A DNA stretch of 32,000 bases from Longivirga aurantiaca (GTDB lineage Bacteria > Actinomycetota > Actinomycetes > S36-B12 > CAIYMF01). The stretch lies in contig NZ_JBHSTI010000008.1 of assembly GCF_042660085.1 (NCBI RefSeq), positions 870,001-902,000 on the forward strand, in the 5' to 3' direction. A program made the position numbers and the translations under genes. The notes under the pieces were generated by a model that was not told where the DNA came from, ran no database searches, and worked only from the letters and a program-made list of their open reading frames with translations. Every line of letters starts with the position of its first letter. Position 1 is the first letter of the stretch. Positions 18,469-27,774 of the stretch are shown piece by piece.

Positions 18469-18828
18469 ATGAACACGCTCGACTTCGTCGATGCAGCGTC
18501 GCTCAAGAGCGACATCCCGAACTTCCGCCCCGGTGACACCGTCAAGGTCCACGTGAAGGTCGTCGAGGGCAACCGCTCCCGCATCCAGGTCTTCCAGGGC
18601 GTCGTCATCCGTCGCCAGGGCGGCGGCGTGCGCGAGACCTTCACGGTCCGCAAGGTCAGCTTCGGCGTCGGCGTGGAGCGCACCTTCCCGGTGCACACCC
18701 CGGTCGTCGAGAAGATCGAGCTCGTGACCCGTGGTGACGTCCGCCGCGCCAAGCTGTACTACCTCCGCGACCTGCGCGGCAAGAAGGCGAAGATCAAGGA
18801 GAAGCGCGACAACGCGCCGAAGGCCTGA
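18469..18828 (+). CDS. rplS: 50S ribosomal protein L19
   Basis: [60 protein letters not shown] is canonical L19. GAGGAGAAG lies upstream of the ATG. Confidence 0.96.
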   Translation: MNTLDFVDAASLKSDIPNFRPGDTVKVHVKVVEGNRSRIQVFQGVVIRRQGGGVRETFTVRKVSFGVGVERTFPVHTPVVEKIELVTRGDVRRAKLYYLRDLRGKKAKIKEKRDNAPKA

Positions 18829-18849
18829 TCTTCCGCCTCACCGAACGAC

Positions 18850-18883
18850 ACGAGCGCCCGACCCGCAGGGGTCGGGCGCTCGT
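18850..18883 (+). terminator. intrinsic-terminator-like hairpin after rplS (15-bp perfect stem, loop GCAG)
   Basis: ACGAGCGCCCGACCC-GCAG-GGGTCGGGCGCTCGT is followed by CTCTTCC. It starts 22 nt after the rplS stop. Confidence 0.7.
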
Positions 18884-18920
18884 CTCTTCCCCGGCGTCGG
18901 ACGGTTACCCTCGTACCACC

Positions 18921-19700
18921 ATGGCTGATCAGACGGACCTCGGTCCGGCGCGCCCCGAGCCCGCGGACCCAGGTCCGCGGTCGCGGCCGTCGGGGGGCCG
19001 CCACGCGCGCGTCGAGGCCGTGCCCGAGCACCACCACGGGTCGTTCTGGAAAGAGCTGCCGATCCTGCTGCTCGTCGCGTTCGGCCTCGCGTTCCTCGTC
19101 AAGACCTTCGTCGTGCAGGCCTTCTACATCCCGAGCGGCTCGATGGAGCAGACCCTGCAGGTCGGCGACCGCGTGCTGGTGAACAAGGTGGTCTACAAGA
19201 CACGCGACATCGAGCGCGGCGACGTCGTCGTGTTCAACGGCGTCGACTCGTTCACGCCCGAGGTGGAGATCGCCGAGCCGACCGACCTCGTGCCCAAGGT
19301 CGTGACCTGGTTCGGCCGCACGTTCGGGTTCGCGCCTCCGGACGAGCGCGACTTCGTCAAGCGCGTCATCGGTGTCGGCGGCGACCACGTCGTCTGCTGC
19401 GATGCGAAGGGCCGCGTCACCGTGAACGACGTGCCGCTCGACGAGTCGTCGTACCTCTACCCGGACAACAAGCCGAGCAACAACCCGTTCGACGTGATCG
19501 TCCCCGCAGGCAAGCTCTGGGTCATGGGCGACCACCGGGACGCCTCGAGCGACTCGCGCGCGCACCTCGGCGACCCGGGCGGCGGGTTCGTCCCGGCGGA
19601 CCGCGTCATCGGCCGCGCGTTCGCCGTCCTGTGGCCCACGGACCATGCGCAGTGGCTGGAGATCCCTGACACGTTCGCGACGATCGACCAGAAGGGCTGA
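18921..19700 (+). CDS. lepB: signal peptidase I (paralog 1)
   Basis: A TM helix is followed by the catalytic Ser box IPSGSMEQTL, the Lys box KRVIGVGGD, and GDHRDASSDSR. Confidence 0.92.
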   Translation: MADQTDLGPARPEPADPGPRSRPSGGRHARVEAVPEHHHGSFWKELPILLLVAFGLAFLVKTFVVQAFYIPSGSMEQTLQVGDRVLVNKVVYKTRDIERGDVVVFNGVDSFTPEVEIAEPTDLVPKVVTWFGRTFGFAPPDERDFVKRVIGVGGDHVVCCDAKGRVTVNDVPLDESSYLYPDNKPSNNPFDVIVPAGKLWVMGDHRDASSDSRAHLGDPGGGFVPADRVIGRAFAVLWPTDHAQWLEIPDTFATIDQKG

Positions 19701-19702
19701 CC

Positions 19703-20482
19703 GTGTCGGGTACTCCGCAGGAGCGCGAGGAGAAGCGTCGCGCCAAGGAGAGCAAGGGCGGGTCGCTCGGCCGCGAGCTCATCATCATCGTGGGCGTCGC
19801 CCTCGTGCTGTCGGTGCTGGTGCGCACCTTCGTCGCGCAGGCGTTCTTCGTCCCCAGCTCGTCGATGGAGGACACCCTCCTCGTCCAGGACCGCATCCTC
19901 GCCTCCAAGCTCACCACCGAGCTCGGAGGAGTCCACCGCGGCGAGATCGTGGTGTTCACGGACCCGGGCGGCTGGCTGCCCGAGACCGCGCCGCCCACCG
20001 GCGTGTCCGGCGCCGTCCGCAAGGCGCTGATGTTCGTCGGGCTGCTGCCGTCCGACACCGGCGAGGACCTGGTCAAGCGCGTGATCGCGGTCGGCGGCGA
20101 TCGGATCGCCTGCTGCACGGCGAAGGACCAGATCACCGTCAACGGAGTGGCCCTCGACGAGGAGGCGTACCTCAAGCCGGGCAGCAAGACCGACCAGGTG
20201 CGGTTCGACGTGCTCGTCCCCGAGGGGCGGGTCTTCGTGATGGGCGACAACCGGGGCGACTCCTCCGACTCCCGCTACCACCTCGACTCCGACGACGGCA
20301 CCGTGTCGGTCGACTCCGTGGTCGGCCGGGTGGTCGCCGTCGTGTGGCCGGCGTCGCGCTGGTCGGGCGAGCCCGTGCCCGTGATCTTCGAGAACCCCGA
20401 GATCGACGCCCAGGCCGGCAAGGTGGGTGCGCCCAAGGCCGTCGACTCCGCCGACGAGGCGACGAACCCCGACGGCGGCTGA
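19703..20482 (+). CDS. lepB: signal peptidase I (paralog 2)
   Basis: A TM helix is followed by VPSSSMEDTL, KRVIAVGGD and GDNRGDSSDSR. GTG 19703 lies 2 nt after the stop of paralog 1. Confidence 0.92.
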   Translation: MSGTPQEREEKRRAKESKGGSLGRELIIIVGVALVLSVLVRTFVAQAFFVPSSSMEDTLLVQDRILASKLTTELGGVHRGEIVVFTDPGGWLPETAPPTGVSGAVRKALMFVGLLPSDTGEDLVKRVIAVGGDRIACCTAKDQITVNGVALDEEAYLKPGSKTDQVRFDVLVPEGRVFVMGDNRGDSSDSRYHLDSDDGTVSVDSVVGRVVAVVWPASRWSGEPVPVIFENPEIDAQAGKVGAPKAVDSADEATNPDGG

Positions 20483-20485
20483 GCG

Positions 20486-21019
20486 ATGGACGGCGGGCCC
20501 GACGTCACCGCGTGGCCGGCGTACGACGTCGAGCGCACGAGCGTCCGCGTGGTGCTCCTCGACGACGACCAACGGCTCCTGCTGTTCCGCACCGTCGACC
20601 CGACCATGCCCGAGATCGGCGAGTGGTGGGAGCTGCCCGGCGGCGGTATCGAGCCCGGGGAGTCGTACGCCGAGACCGCGGTCCGGGAGATCAGCGAGGA
20701 GACCGGCTTCGAGGTGTCGCTCGCGGTGCTGCCAGACCTGCCGCGCTGGAACCGCGACTCCACCTACGTCCGCCGGCACGTGCGCACCTGGCAGCACGAG
20801 GTGGTCGTCCTCGCGCGCGTGGCCGGCTCCTCGCCGGTGCCCGCCCGCGACGGCCGTACGCCGGAGGAGCTCGACGAGTACGTCGGCCACCGCTGGTGGA
20901 CGCCGGAGGAGGTCGCAGCCGCGGGCACCAGCAGGTTCTTCCCCGGACGGCTGCCCGAGCTGCTCCCGCGGTTCCTGGCCGGCGAGGTGCTCGACGAGCC
21001 GTTCGACCTCTGGAACTGA
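20486..21019 (+). CDS. Nudix hydrolase
   Basis: The Nudix box is GGGIEPGESYAETAVREISEETGF. The ATG lies 3 nt after the lepB stop. Confidence 0.88.
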   Translation: MDGGPDVTAWPAYDVERTSVRVVLLDDDQRLLLFRTVDPTMPEIGEWWELPGGGIEPGESYAETAVREISEETGFEVSLAVLPDLPRWNRDSTYVRRHVRTWQHEVVVLARVAGSSPVPARDGRTPEELDEYVGHRWWTPEEVAAAGTSRFFPGRLPELLPRFLAGEVLDEPFDLWN

Positions 21020-21040
21020 CGCCGTCGTAGGGTCGGTCGC

Positions 21041-21556
21041 ATGACCGAGCGGCCCGTGGTGAAGCGTCGGGCCGCGCGCGTGCTCGCCCTCTCGCCGGCG
21101 GGTCGGGTGCTGCTGTTCGAGGGCGGCGACCCCGACCGGCCGCACGTGCGGATCTGGCACGCGCCCGGCGGCGGCGTGGAGGCCGGCGAGAGCGACGCGG
21201 ACGCGGCGCAGCGCGAGTTCCTCGAGGAGACCGGAGTCCCGGTCGAGCTCGGGCCGCACGTGTGGGACCGCGAGCTCGTCTTCGGGTTCAACGGCACGAC
21301 CTACGACCAGGTCGAGGTCTACTTCCTCGCCCGTGTGGAGGCCGAGCACGCGGCCAGCTCGGACGGCCACAACGAGATCGAGCAGCTCTACCTGACCGAC
21401 CACGGCTGGTTCTCGGTCGACGAGCTGCGCGCGCTGCCGACCCCGGACGGCTCGGTGCTGGTCGCGCCGCCGGACATCGCCGACCGGCTCGAGGACCTCC
21501 TGCGCGACGGCCCGCCGTCGGCGCCGGTGCGGGTGGCGGGGGTGGTGCTGCCGTGA
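21041..21556 (+). CDS. Nudix hydrolase
   Basis: The Nudix box is [30 protein letters not shown] lies 7 nt upstream of the ATG. Confidence 0.88.
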   Translation: MTERPVVKRRAARVLALSPAGRVLLFEGGDPDRPHVRIWHAPGGGVEAGESDADAAQREFLEETGVPVELGPHVWDRELVFGFNGTTYDQVEVYFLARVEAEHAASSDGHNEIEQLYLTDHGWFSVDELRALPTPDGSVLVAPPDIADRLEDLLRDGPPSAPVRVAGVVLP

Positions 21557-22287
21557 GCGCCGCGCCGTCGCTGCGCGTCGAGCGCGAGATGCTCCGCGCG
21601 CACGGGATCCGCTGGCTGGCCTCTGTCGACGAGGTCGGGCGCGGGGCGCTCGGCGGGCCGGTGTCGGTGGGCGTCGTGCTCGTCGACCTGGACACGCGCT
21701 CGGCTCCGTCGGGCGTCCGCGACTCCAAGCTGCTGACGCCGGCGGCGCGCGAGCGCATGGTGCCGAAGCTGCAGCGCTGGGCCCCGTCGTGGGCGGTCGC
21801 GCACGCGAGCGCGGCGGAGATCGACGCGCTCGGCATCCTGCGGGCGCTGAGGCTCGCGGGGGAGCGGGCCTTCGCCCAGCTGCCCGTGCGGCCCGACCAC
21901 GTGCTGCTCGACGGCTCGTACGACTGGATCAGCCGTCCGGCCCCCGCACTGTTCGACGAGGACGGCGCGGTGGCCGACCTCGACGCCGTCGTGGACCCGC
22001 CGCCGGTCACCATGCGGATCAAGGCCGACATGACGTGCTCGTCCGTCGCCGCGGCGAGCGTGCTGGCCAAGACCACGCGCGACGCGATCATGGTCGGCCT
22101 CGCGACCGAGCACCCGGAGTACGGCTGGGAGATCAACAAGGGCTACGCCAGCCCCGAGCACCTCGACGCGCTGCGCCGGCTCGGACCGTGCGTCCAGCAC
22201 CGGCGCAGCTGGGCCATCCCCGGGGGCGACCGCGACGTCCTGCTGCTCGACGTCGAGGCGGCGGACGACGCGCTGGCACATGGTTGA
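21553..22287 (+). CDS. rnhB: ribonuclease HII
   Basis: The motifs [24 protein letters not shown] and [14 protein letters not shown] are present. GTG 21553 overlaps the Nudix stop (GTGA). The 21262 start in the track is an upstream artefact. Confidence 0.92.
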   Translation: MSAAPSLRVEREMLRAHGIRWLASVDEVGRGALGGPVSVGVVLVDLDTRSAPSGVRDSKLLTPAARERMVPKLQRWAPSWAVAHASAAEIDALGILRALRLAGERAFAQLPVRPDHVLLDGSYDWISRPAPALFDEDGAVADLDAVVDPPPVTMRIKADMTCSSVAAASVLAKTTRDAIMVGLATEHPEYGWEINKGYASPEHLDALRRLGPCVQHRRSWAIPGGDRDVLLLDVEAADDALAHG

Positions 22288-22296
22288 AGATCGAAC

Positions 22297-22302
22297 TATC
22301 CT
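22297..22302 (+). promoter_or_regulatory. -10-like hexamer TATCCT 6 nt upstream of the pirin ATG (leaderless-mRNA geometry)
   Basis: TATCCT-GACCGC-ATG(22309). There is no Shine-Dalgarno sequence in the 21-nt gap after rnhB. Confidence 0.35.
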
Positions 22303-22308
22303 GACCGC

Positions 22309-23178
22309 ATGGCGAACCGCAGGATCGACCGGGTGCAGGCCAAGCGACGCCTCGGCCCCGACGCGCAGGTCGACGACAAGGCGATCGTCATCATGCCGAC
22401 CGACCCCCGCGCGACCGACCCGTTCCTGGCCCTGGCCGAGGACTGGTTCTCCGAGCCCGGCTTCGAGTGGCACCCGCACCGGGGCATCGAGACCGTGACG
22501 CTGGTGCTGGACGGCGTCCTCGAGCACGGCGACAACGCCGGGCACGCGGGCGCCCTGCAGGCGGGCGACCTGCAGTGGATGACCGCGGGCCGCGGGATCA
22601 TCCACCGCGAGCTGGCCTTTCGGAACGAGCACGCGCACACGCTGCAGCTGTGGCTCAACCTCCCCGGCAGCAAGCGCATGGTCGACACCCGGTACCAGGA
22701 CGTCCGCGCGGCGGACCGGCCGAGGGTCGAGCTGCCGGGGGTCTCGGTCGACGTCGTGTCCGGCTCGGTCGCGGGAGCCAGGGGGCCGGCGAAGAACCAC
22801 TGGCCCATCCACGGCTCGGTGATCACGCTCGAGCCGAAGGCCTCGATGACGCACACCCTGCCGGGCGACCACCGCGCGTTCTTCTTCGTGCTCGACGGCG
22901 AGGTGAGCATCGGCGGGCGCCGCGTGCGCGAGGGCGAGATCGCCTGGAGCGACCCCGTGCCGGGACAGCCGGCGTCCAGCAGCCTCGTGGTCTCGACCGC
23001 AGACGGCGACGCGCCCTCGCGCGTCATGGTCTACAGCGGACGCCCCATCCGCGAGACGGTGGCGATGGGCGGCCCGTTCGTGATGAACACCAAGGCCGAG
23101 GTGCAGAAGGCGTACGCCGACTTCCACGCAGGCACGTTCGGCCAGGTGCCGCGCCAGGCCCGGCTGAAGCACCTCTAG
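22309..23178 (+). CDS. pirin-family protein
   Basis: The metal site of a bicupin is present (FEWHPHRGIETVTLVLDGVLEHGDNAGH, plus QLWLNLP). Length is 289 aa. Confidence 0.88.
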   Translation: MANRRIDRVQAKRRLGPDAQVDDKAIVIMPTDPRATDPFLALAEDWFSEPGFEWHPHRGIETVTLVLDGVLEHGDNAGHAGALQAGDLQWMTAGRGIIHRELAFRNEHAHTLQLWLNLPGSKRMVDTRYQDVRAADRPRVELPGVSVDVVSGSVAGARGPAKNHWPIHGSVITLEPKASMTHTLPGDHRAFFFVLDGEVSIGGRRVREGEIAWSDPVPGQPASSSLVVSTADGDAPSRVMVYSGRPIRETVAMGGPFVMNTKAEVQKAYADFHAGTFGQVPRQARLKHL

Positions 23179-23274
23179 GCCCCGGTTTCCTGCCCCGGGC
23201 GGGCGCGAGGCGTGCGGCCTGGGCCAGGATGGGCGCGAGCGACCGGATCCGGCGCTCTGGGCGGAGGAGTGGCG

Positions 23275-23592
23275 ATGTCGGCCGAGGACCTCGAACGGTA
23301 CGAGAACGAGATCGAGCTCGGGCTCTACCGCGAGTACCGCGACGTCGTCGGCCTGTTCTCGTACGTCGTGGAGACCGAGCGCCGGTTCTACCTCACGAAC
23401 TCGGTCGACGTGCAGGTGCGCACGAACGACGGCGGCGACACCTTCTTCGAGGTGCGCATGACCGACGCCTGGGTGTGGGACATGTACCGCCAGGCCCGCT
23501 TCGTGAAGAACGTCCGCGTCCTCACCTTCAAGGACGTGAACGTCGAGGAGCTCGCCAAGCCCGAGCTGCAGATCCCCGACGGCACGGCCTGA
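23275..23592 (+). CDS. DUF2469 protein (Rv2901c family)
   Basis: GGAGGAG lies 5 nt upstream of ATG 23275. MSAEDLERYENEIELGLYREYRDVVGLFSYVVETERRFYLTN is a conserved actinobacterial family found next to rnhB. Confidence 0.85.
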   Translation: MSAEDLERYENEIELGLYREYRDVVGLFSYVVETERRFYLTNSVDVQVRTNDGGDTFFEVRMTDAWVWDMYRQARFVKNVRVLTFKDVNVEELAKPELQIPDGTA

Positions 23593-23604
23593 CCTTCGTC
23601 CACC

Positions 23605-23624
23605 GACGCGCGCTTCGGCGTGTC
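23605..23624 (+). terminator. small hairpin after the DUF2469 gene (7 bp including one G-U pair, loop GCTTCG)
   Basis: GACGCGC-GCTTCG-GCGTGTC, starting 13 nt after the stop. Confidence 0.25.
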
Positions 23625-23722
23625 GTCCCCAGGCCCGCCGTGCCGACGTCCGGCTGAGGTCGTCGCCCGTCCCGACGCTGCTCCTCGCGGTGCATCGCGC
23701 ACCGCTCGGAGGAGGCGGTGCG

Positions 23723-24100
23723 GTGAGCAGGCCCACGGGAGTCGTCCGTGCGAAGGACGCGCTCGGTCGGTTCGGGGAGGACGTGGCCGCGCGCCACCTC
23801 GAGGCCGAGGGGTTCGTCGTCCTCGAGCGCAACTGGCGCTGTGCGGACGGCGAGCTCGACATCCTCGCCCGCGACGGCGACACCCTCGTGGTCTGCGAGG
23901 TCAAGACACGCAGCTCCCTGCGCTACGGCTCGCCGTTCGAGGCCATCACCGAGCGCAAGCTGCACCGGCTCGAACGGCTCGGCATGCGCTGGATGCGCGA
24001 GCGCGGGGTGAGGCCGCAGCGGATGCGCGTCGACATCGTGTCGGTGCTCGCGCCGCCCGGTGGCCGTCGCGTGATCGAGCACGTGCGAGGCCTGTCGTGA
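23723..24100 (+). CDS. yraN: YraN-family (UPF0102) endonuclease-like protein
   Basis: The motifs GEDVAARHLEAEGFVVLERNWRC..GELDILARDGDTLVVCEVKTR are present. GGAGGAGG lies upstream of GTG 23723, and the gene is syntenic with comM-dprA. Confidence 0.85.
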   Translation: MSRPTGVVRAKDALGRFGEDVAARHLEAEGFVVLERNWRCADGELDILARDGDTLVVCEVKTRSSLRYGSPFEAITERKLHRLERLGMRWMRERGVRPQRMRVDIVSVLAPPGGRRVIEHVRGLS

Positions 24101-25659
24101 GCGGTGTGGCCCGCACCCGCGGGGTGGTGCTGCTCGGAGTCGACGGCCACGTGATCGGCGTCGAGGCGCACGTGTCGATCGGGGTCTCGGGCTTCTCGGT
24201 GGTCGGCCTCGCCGACAAGCTCGTGGGCGAGGCCCGCGACCGGTGCCGGTCCGCGGTGCTCAACACCGGCCTGGAGTGGCCGGGCCCCAAGAACACGATC
24301 GGGCTGTCGCCGTCCGAGCTGCCGAAGAAGGGGCCCACCCTCGACCTCGCGATCGCCATCGCGCTGCTCGCCGCCAGCGGCCAGGTGCCCGCCGATGCCG
24401 TCGCCGAGCTGGTCGTGGTGGGCGAGCTCGGCCTCGACGGCAAGGTCCGCGCGGTGCGCGGCGCGCTCGTGGCCGCGCTCGCGGCCCGGTCGGTCGGCGC
24501 TCGTCGGCTCGTGGTGCCGGCCGCCAACGTCGACGAGGCGTCGCTCGTGCCCGACCTCGAGGTGGTCGGAGTCCGTACTCTCGCCGGGCTCGTCGCGATG
24601 GTCCGCGGCGACGACGTCCCTGACGTCGAGCTGCTGGCCGACGACGACGACCTCTCGGCGGAGCCGCAGGCGCCCGATATTCCGGACCTCGTCGACGTGC
24701 GCGGGCAGCACGCCGCCCGGGCCGCCCTCGAGCTCGCGGCTGCGGGCGGCCACCACCTGGCAATGTCCGGGCTTCCCGGCGTCGGCAAGACGATGCTCGC
24801 CGAGAGGCTGCCCGGGCTGCTGCCCGCGCTCGACGAGCAGGCGGCGCTCGAGGTCACCGCCATCCACTCCGTGGCCGGCCGGCTCGGCAGCGGCGGCCGG
24901 CTCATCACCGTGCCGCCGTTCGAGGCGCCGCACCACACCGCGACGCACGCGGCGATGGTCGGTGGAGGCAGCGGCGTGCCGCGGGTCGGTCTCGTGTCGC
25001 TCGCGCACCGCGGGGTGCTGTTCCTCGACGAGGCGCCGGAGTTCGACCCCGGCGCGCTCGAGGCCCTGCGCCAGCCGTTGGAGTCGGGCGAGATGGTGGT
25101 GGCGCGGTCGGCGTTCTCGGTCACGTTCCCCGCCCGCTTCCACCTCGTGCTGGCGATGAACCCGTGCCCCTGCGGACGGTCGGGCGCTCCTCCGCGGCCG
25201 GGCGTGCCCTCGTGCTCGTGCACCCCGCAGCAGCGCCGCCGCTATCTCGCCCGCATCAGCGGCCCGCTGCTCGACCGCGTCGACCTCCGCGTCACGCTCG
25301 TGCCGCCCACCCTCGCCGACCTCGAGTTCGGCGTGTCCGACGCCGAGCCCACGGCGGCCGTGGCCGCCCGCGTGGCGGCCGCCCGGGAGCGCGCCGGGCG
25401 GAGGTACGCCGGCACGCCGTGGCGGGTCAACGCCGACGTGCCCGGCCCCGTCATCCGCCGCGAGTTCGGGCTCGACGCCGAGGCCGCCCAGCCGCTCGAG
25501 CAGGCGCTGGCCCGCGGGCTGCTCTCCGCCCGCGGCGCCGACCGGCTCGTCCGGGTCGCGTGGACGGTCGCCGACCTCGCCGGCCGCGACCGACCGGGCC
25601 GGCAGGACGTCGGCGCAGCGCTCGCGCACCGCGAGGCGGGTGCGGCATGGGCGGCGTGA
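24097..25659 (+). CDS. comM: YifB/ComM-family Mg-chelatase-like AAA+ ATPase
   Basis: A Lon-protease-like N-terminal domain is followed by Walker A GLPGVGKTMLA, Walker B GVLFLDEAPEF, and the C-terminal PCPCG...C.C motif. GTG 24097 overlaps the yraN stop (GTGA). Confidence 0.9.
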   Translation: MSGVARTRGVVLLGVDGHVIGVEAHVSIGVSGFSVVGLADKLVGEARDRCRSAVLNTGLEWPGPKNTIGLSPSELPKKGPTLDLAIAIALLAASGQVPADAVAELVVVGELGLDGKVRAVRGALVAALAARSVGARRLVVPAANVDEASLVPDLEVVGVRTLAGLVAMVRGDDVPDVELLADDDDLSAEPQAPDIPDLVDVRGQHAARAALELAAAGGHHLAMSGLPGVGKTMLAERLPGLLPALDEQAALEVTAIHSVAGRLGSGGRLITVPPFEAPHHTATHAAMVGGGSGVPRVGLVSLAHRGVLFLDEAPEFDPGALEALRQPLESGEMVVARSAFSVTFPARFHLVLAMNPCPCGRSGAPPRPGVPSCSCTPQQRRRYLARISGPLLDRVDLRVTLVPPTLADLEFGVSDAEPTAAVAARVAAARERAGRRYAGTPWRVNADVPGPVIRREFGLDAEAAQPLEQALARGLLSARGADRLVRVAWTVADLAGRDRPGRQDVGAALAHREAGAAWAA

Positions 25660-26756
25660 GCGACGAGCGCCGTGCGCGGGCGTTGCTGTCGCGGGTGGCC
25701 GAGCCGGGCGACCCGAAGGTGTGCCGGCTCGTCGCAGCCCACGGTGCGCCCGAGGCACTGGAGATCCTGCGGTCCGGTGACGACGCCGACCGTTACCGCG
25801 CGCGGCTCGAGGCGGCCGACCCGGAGGCCGACCTCGCGCGCGCGGCCGAGGTGGGCGGGCGGCTGCTCGTGCCGGGCGACCTGGAGTGGCCGAGCCAGCT
25901 CGGCGACCTCGGCGACCTCGTGCCCTGGGCGCTCTGGGTCCGGGGCACCGTCGACCTCCGGATGTCGGCCCTGCGCTCGGTGGCGGTGGTCGGAGCCCGC
26001 GCCGCGACGAACTACGGCACCCACGTCGCATCGACCCTCGGCAGCGATCTCGCCGCCACGGGGTGGACCGTCGTGTCCGGCGGCGCGTTCGGTGTCGACG
26101 CCGCGGCCCATGCCGGCGCCCTCGCCGTCCACGGCGTCACGGTCGCCGTGCTCGCGTGCGGTGTCGACGTCGCCTACCCGCCGCGGCACGACGCGCTCTT
26201 CGCCCGCATCGCCGCCGACGGCCTGCTGGTCTCGGAGGTGCCGCCGGGCGCCGCCCCGCACCGCACCCGGTTCCTCGTCCGCAACCGCCTCATCGCCGCG
26301 CTGACCCGCGGCACCGTCGTGGTCGAGGCGGCGGTGCGGTCCGGGTCGCTCTCGACGGCGCGCGAGGCGGAGCGGCTGGGCCGCCCGGTTCTCGGTGTGC
26401 CGGGGCCCGTCACGTCCGAGATGTCGGCCGGCGTCCACCGCGAGCTGCGCCGCGGTGCGGTCCTCGTCCAGAACGCCGCGGAGGTGGTGGAGGCAGTCGG
26501 CGAGCTGGGCACCGACCTCGCGCCGGAGCCGACCGGTGCGACCGATCCGCGCGACCGGCTCGATCCGCTCGCCCGTCGCGTGCTCGACGCCGTGCCCGTA
26601 CGGCGCCCGGCCACGCTCGACTCCGTGGCGCGCACGGCGGGCGTGGCCCCGGCGGAGGCGCAGGCCTCGCTCGGCCTGCTCGAGCTCGACGGGTGGGTCG
26701 AGTCGGGCCCTGGCGGCTGGAGGCTGCGTCCCGCCCGGCGGGCTCCGGACGGGTGA
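25647..26756 (+). CDS. dprA: DNA-processing protein DprA
   Basis: The motifs [27 protein letters not shown] and [12 protein letters not shown] are typical of DprA/Smf. GTG 25656 is an alternative start that would overlap the comM stop. Confidence 0.9.
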   Translation: MGGVSDERRARALLSRVAEPGDPKVCRLVAAHGAPEALEILRSGDDADRYRARLEAADPEADLARAAEVGGRLLVPGDLEWPSQLGDLGDLVPWALWVRGTVDLRMSALRSVAVVGARAATNYGTHVASTLGSDLAATGWTVVSGGAFGVDAAAHAGALAVHGVTVAVLACGVDVAYPPRHDALFARIAADGLLVSEVPPGAAPHRTRFLVRNRLIAALTRGTVVVEAAVRSGSLSTAREAERLGRPVLGVPGPVTSEMSAGVHRELRRGAVLVQNAAEVVEAVGELGTDLAPEPTGATDPRDRLDPLARRVLDAVPVRRPATLDSVARTAGVAPAEAQASLGLLELDGWVESGPGGWRLRPARRAPDG

Positions 26757-26820
26757 GGACCGCGGCAGGCGGACGGCGCGCCGCATTGACTCCGGGCCGG
26801 TGCCCGCAGACGGTGGTGAC

Positions 26821-27774
26821 GTGGGTGCAGCGGCGGTGGAGCGTGCGGCGGGGCAGGAGCCCCTGCCCGCCTCGTTCCAGGACGTGCTCGACGCGTTCGC
26901 CGTCCACCTGTCCGACGGTCTCGGGCGCAGCCCCCACACCGTGCGCGCCTACCTCGGCGACATCGAGCGCCTGCTGCGACACGCCCGGGCGCAGGGTGCG
27001 ACCGACGTCGCCGACCTCGACCTCACCGACCTGCGCGGCTGGCTGGCGGCCGAGGCCGCGGGCGGCCACGCGCGGGCCACCCTCGCGCGCCGTGCGGCCG
27101 CCGCCCGCACCTTCACCTCCTGGGCCTCGCGGCGGGGCTGGCTGGCCTCCGACCCGGGCGACAGGCTCGCCACACCGGCGGCGCACCGGCCCCTCCCGGG
27201 GGTGCTCAAGCAGTCCGAGGCGGCGGCTCTGCTGGAGGTCGTCACGACCCGCGCCGACGACGGCGACCCCGTGCACCTGCGCGACCGCCTGATCCTCGAG
27301 CTCCTGTACGCCACAGGGATGCGCGTGGGCGAGCTGGTCGGCCTCGACCTCGACGACGTCGACCCCCGTCGCCGCACGCTGCGGGTGCTCGGCAAGGGCG
27401 CCAAGGAGCGGGTCGTGCCGTACGGCGCTCCCGCGCAGGACTCCCTCGACACCTGGCTCGCCGACGGCCGCCCGGCCCTGCTCACCGCGGCCTCCGGGCC
27501 GGCGCTGCTGCTCGGTGCACGGGGCGGCCGCCTCGACCCGCGGACCGCGCGCGACGTCGTCCACCGCATGCTCCGGCACGTGCCGGACGCCCCGGATCTC
27601 GGTCCGCACGGCCTGCGGCACTCGGCCGCCACGCACCTTCTCGAGGGTGGCGCGGACCTGCGCTCCGTCCAGGAGATCCTGGGGCACGCTACGCTCGCGA
27701 CGACACAGATCTACACGCACGTCAGCGTCGAACGGTTGAGGTCAACGTATGAGCAGGCGCACCCCCGGGCCTGA
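26821..27774 (+). CDS. xerC: tyrosine recombinase XerC
   Basis: The SAM-like N-terminal domain ([15 protein letters not shown]) is followed by the catalytic residues in [52 protein letters not shown] 26800 is an alternative start. Confidence 0.9.
   Translation: MGAAAVERAAGQEPLPASFQDVLDAFAVHLSDGLGRSPHTVRAYLGDIERLLRHARAQGATDVADLDLTDLRGWLAAEAAGGHARATLARRAAAARTFTSWASRRGWLASDPGDRLATPAAHRPLPGVLKQSEAAALLEVVTTRADDGDPVHLRDRLILELLYATGMRVGELVGLDLDDVDPRRRTLRVLGKGAKERVVPYGAPAQDSLDTWLADGRPALLTAASGPALLLGARGGRLDPRTARDVVHRMLRHVPDAPDLGPHGLRHSAATHLLEGGADLRSVQEILGHATLATTQIYTHVSVERLRSTYEQAHPRA

Noticed and set aside
26757-27774. A dif site or integrated element associated with xerC.
   Set aside because: xerC sits here in its conserved chromosomal context (dprA-xerC ... 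rpsB, as in mycobacteria). I could not recognise a dif-like 28-mer, flanking direct repeats, or foreign-composition DNA.
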